NCBI GenBank assembly: GCA_032718475.1
Contig: JAUCBJ010000001.1
Location: 63,411-127,410, forward strand
Source: Nemertoderma westbladi
Lineage: Eukaryota; Animalia; Xenacoelomorpha
Direction: 5' to 3'
DNA: 64,000 nucleotides
The position numbers and the translations under genes are program-made. How positions within the stretch are numbered: position 1 is the first letter of the stretch; each line of letters starts with the position of its first letter. Below the pieces are notes generated by a model, which did not search any database, was not told the DNA's origin, and worked only from the letters and a program-made list of their open reading frames with translations. Below, piece by piece: positions 62,560 through 64,000 of the stretch.

Positions 62560-64000
62560 GCTTAATAATTTATAGAATAGCGCAGTGATAGCTGAAAGCT
62601 TTCAGCTGACGGTGATATATTGACACAGACTGTGGCGGCGTGGCGTCTCTATTATTAAATGGGTCTGTGTAATGTAATAAAGCAGAAATCATCTTTGGTC
62701 TCTCGTCTGTCATTGATATAGTGTAATTTATCTTCCTCTCATTAGCTATTCTATTACAAAATGTTAACCTTGTTATCACTGGGGGTATTAATGTTAAACT
62801 AAAATTAAAGACTAATTAAAGTACTGGGGGTGGGTAAGTTACTTTTTTGTTCGATATATACAATAGTCAAACCCCTTCACATTTGGAAAAAAGGGGGTAA
62901 CTAAAAAATTATATACGTCATTTAATTTATCTCCGAAAATAGTTTCTCATTGTAAATTATTTAATTATAGTAAAGTGTAAAGTTAATTAATTAATTTACC
63001 TATTAATTAATTTAATTTTTATTACCCCCCCCCCCCCCCCCCCCAACCCTCCAGTGCTAATTGGGTTAACCTTATTTATTTTGTTACTTCTGATTATTTT
63101 ATTATTTCGTTTGTTGCTTTTTTTATTATTAATTTCGCTTCCATCTTTTAGGGTGTCACAATAAATTGTAATTGTTATTTATGTAAATAGCTCATTACCA
63201 AGACAATGTACATTACCTGGAGGTGTTAATTGATATTGTTTGAAGACAGCTGGAATCCAACATACTTTTATTTACAGCCTTGATTGTAGCCACACTTGTT
63301 AATAATAAAATGTAAAAACAAGTGCAAAGGATTGTCTAAACCCAAAAAATCCAATCAGTAGGTTTGCAGAATAATTTTCTCACTGATTAATTATTAATAT
63401 ATACCTAAATGAGTATATATACTTTTTGTATTTCATTTATTTCTAATATTTGGTGCTTTTTGACAAAGGGAGTTGTTTATCCTAAAACAAAAATTCCCGG
63501 TAAAAGAGTTGGTATTTCTGGTGCTTTATTTCAGACGATAGAAAGATATCCAGTTTTACCGTTTGGTAACGAGTTATATTATTAAAAATAACAATTTTTA
63601 CTTAATGCGTGTAATCTCGCACTTCGCATGATAACAGTAAAGTTAGAACAGTGTGTAAAGTGCTTAACACGCCATGGATTACCGGTACTTAAATTTATTC
63701 GAAAATTGAAACATTATTATTAACCTGATATACATAAAATATTATTTCAAGTTTCGAATATAACTAATATTTTATTTGGATACCCTTTCATATGGTTTTA
63801 TTGATTTATCAACTGTCTATTATCTGCCTTTTTTCCATCAGTTATGTTAACATGTTTGTTAAGTGTTTTTGTCTATTTTGTTGTTGGATATTTTTTCGGT
63901 ATAGTCTTTCATATTACTATATAATTTGAATTTCTCCAATAAACCATTAGAATGGACACTTTATATTTATATAATTCAGAGTTACCTTGGGTAGTACCTC

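Overview
AT-rich animal (metazoan) genomic DNA. Two host genes lie on the + strand: a two-exon PCIF1/CAPAM cap-specific m6A methyltransferase (3545-6366, ~647 aa) and a six-exon TACC-family spindle protein (40379-62540, ~831 aa). In both genes all splice phases join consistently. The ~34 kb between them is a deeply nested stack of non-autonomous DNA transposons (Tc1/pogo-, hAT- and PIF-like), LINE and SINE fragments, minisatellites and a young full-length Ty3/gypsy LTR retrotransposon (33976-38804, CATTA TSD). Four signals stand out. (1) A ~9.2 kb array of roughly 215 copies of a 41-45 bp unit in TACC intron 4 amplifies the exon-4/intron junction itself, so each unit carries a strong AAG|GTGAGT donor, AG|GT sites and an in-frame stop. 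(2) Paired-copy comparisons show repeated TA to TAGGCCTA/TACCGGTA insertions that match the termini of TA-targeting elements in the same window, as expected of excision footprints. (3) The gypsy element has a clear -1 frameshift signal whose shifted frame hits TGA immediately. (4) TACC carries a duplicated Aurora-A/clathrin-binding-like module. All comparisons were made by eye; no database searches were run.
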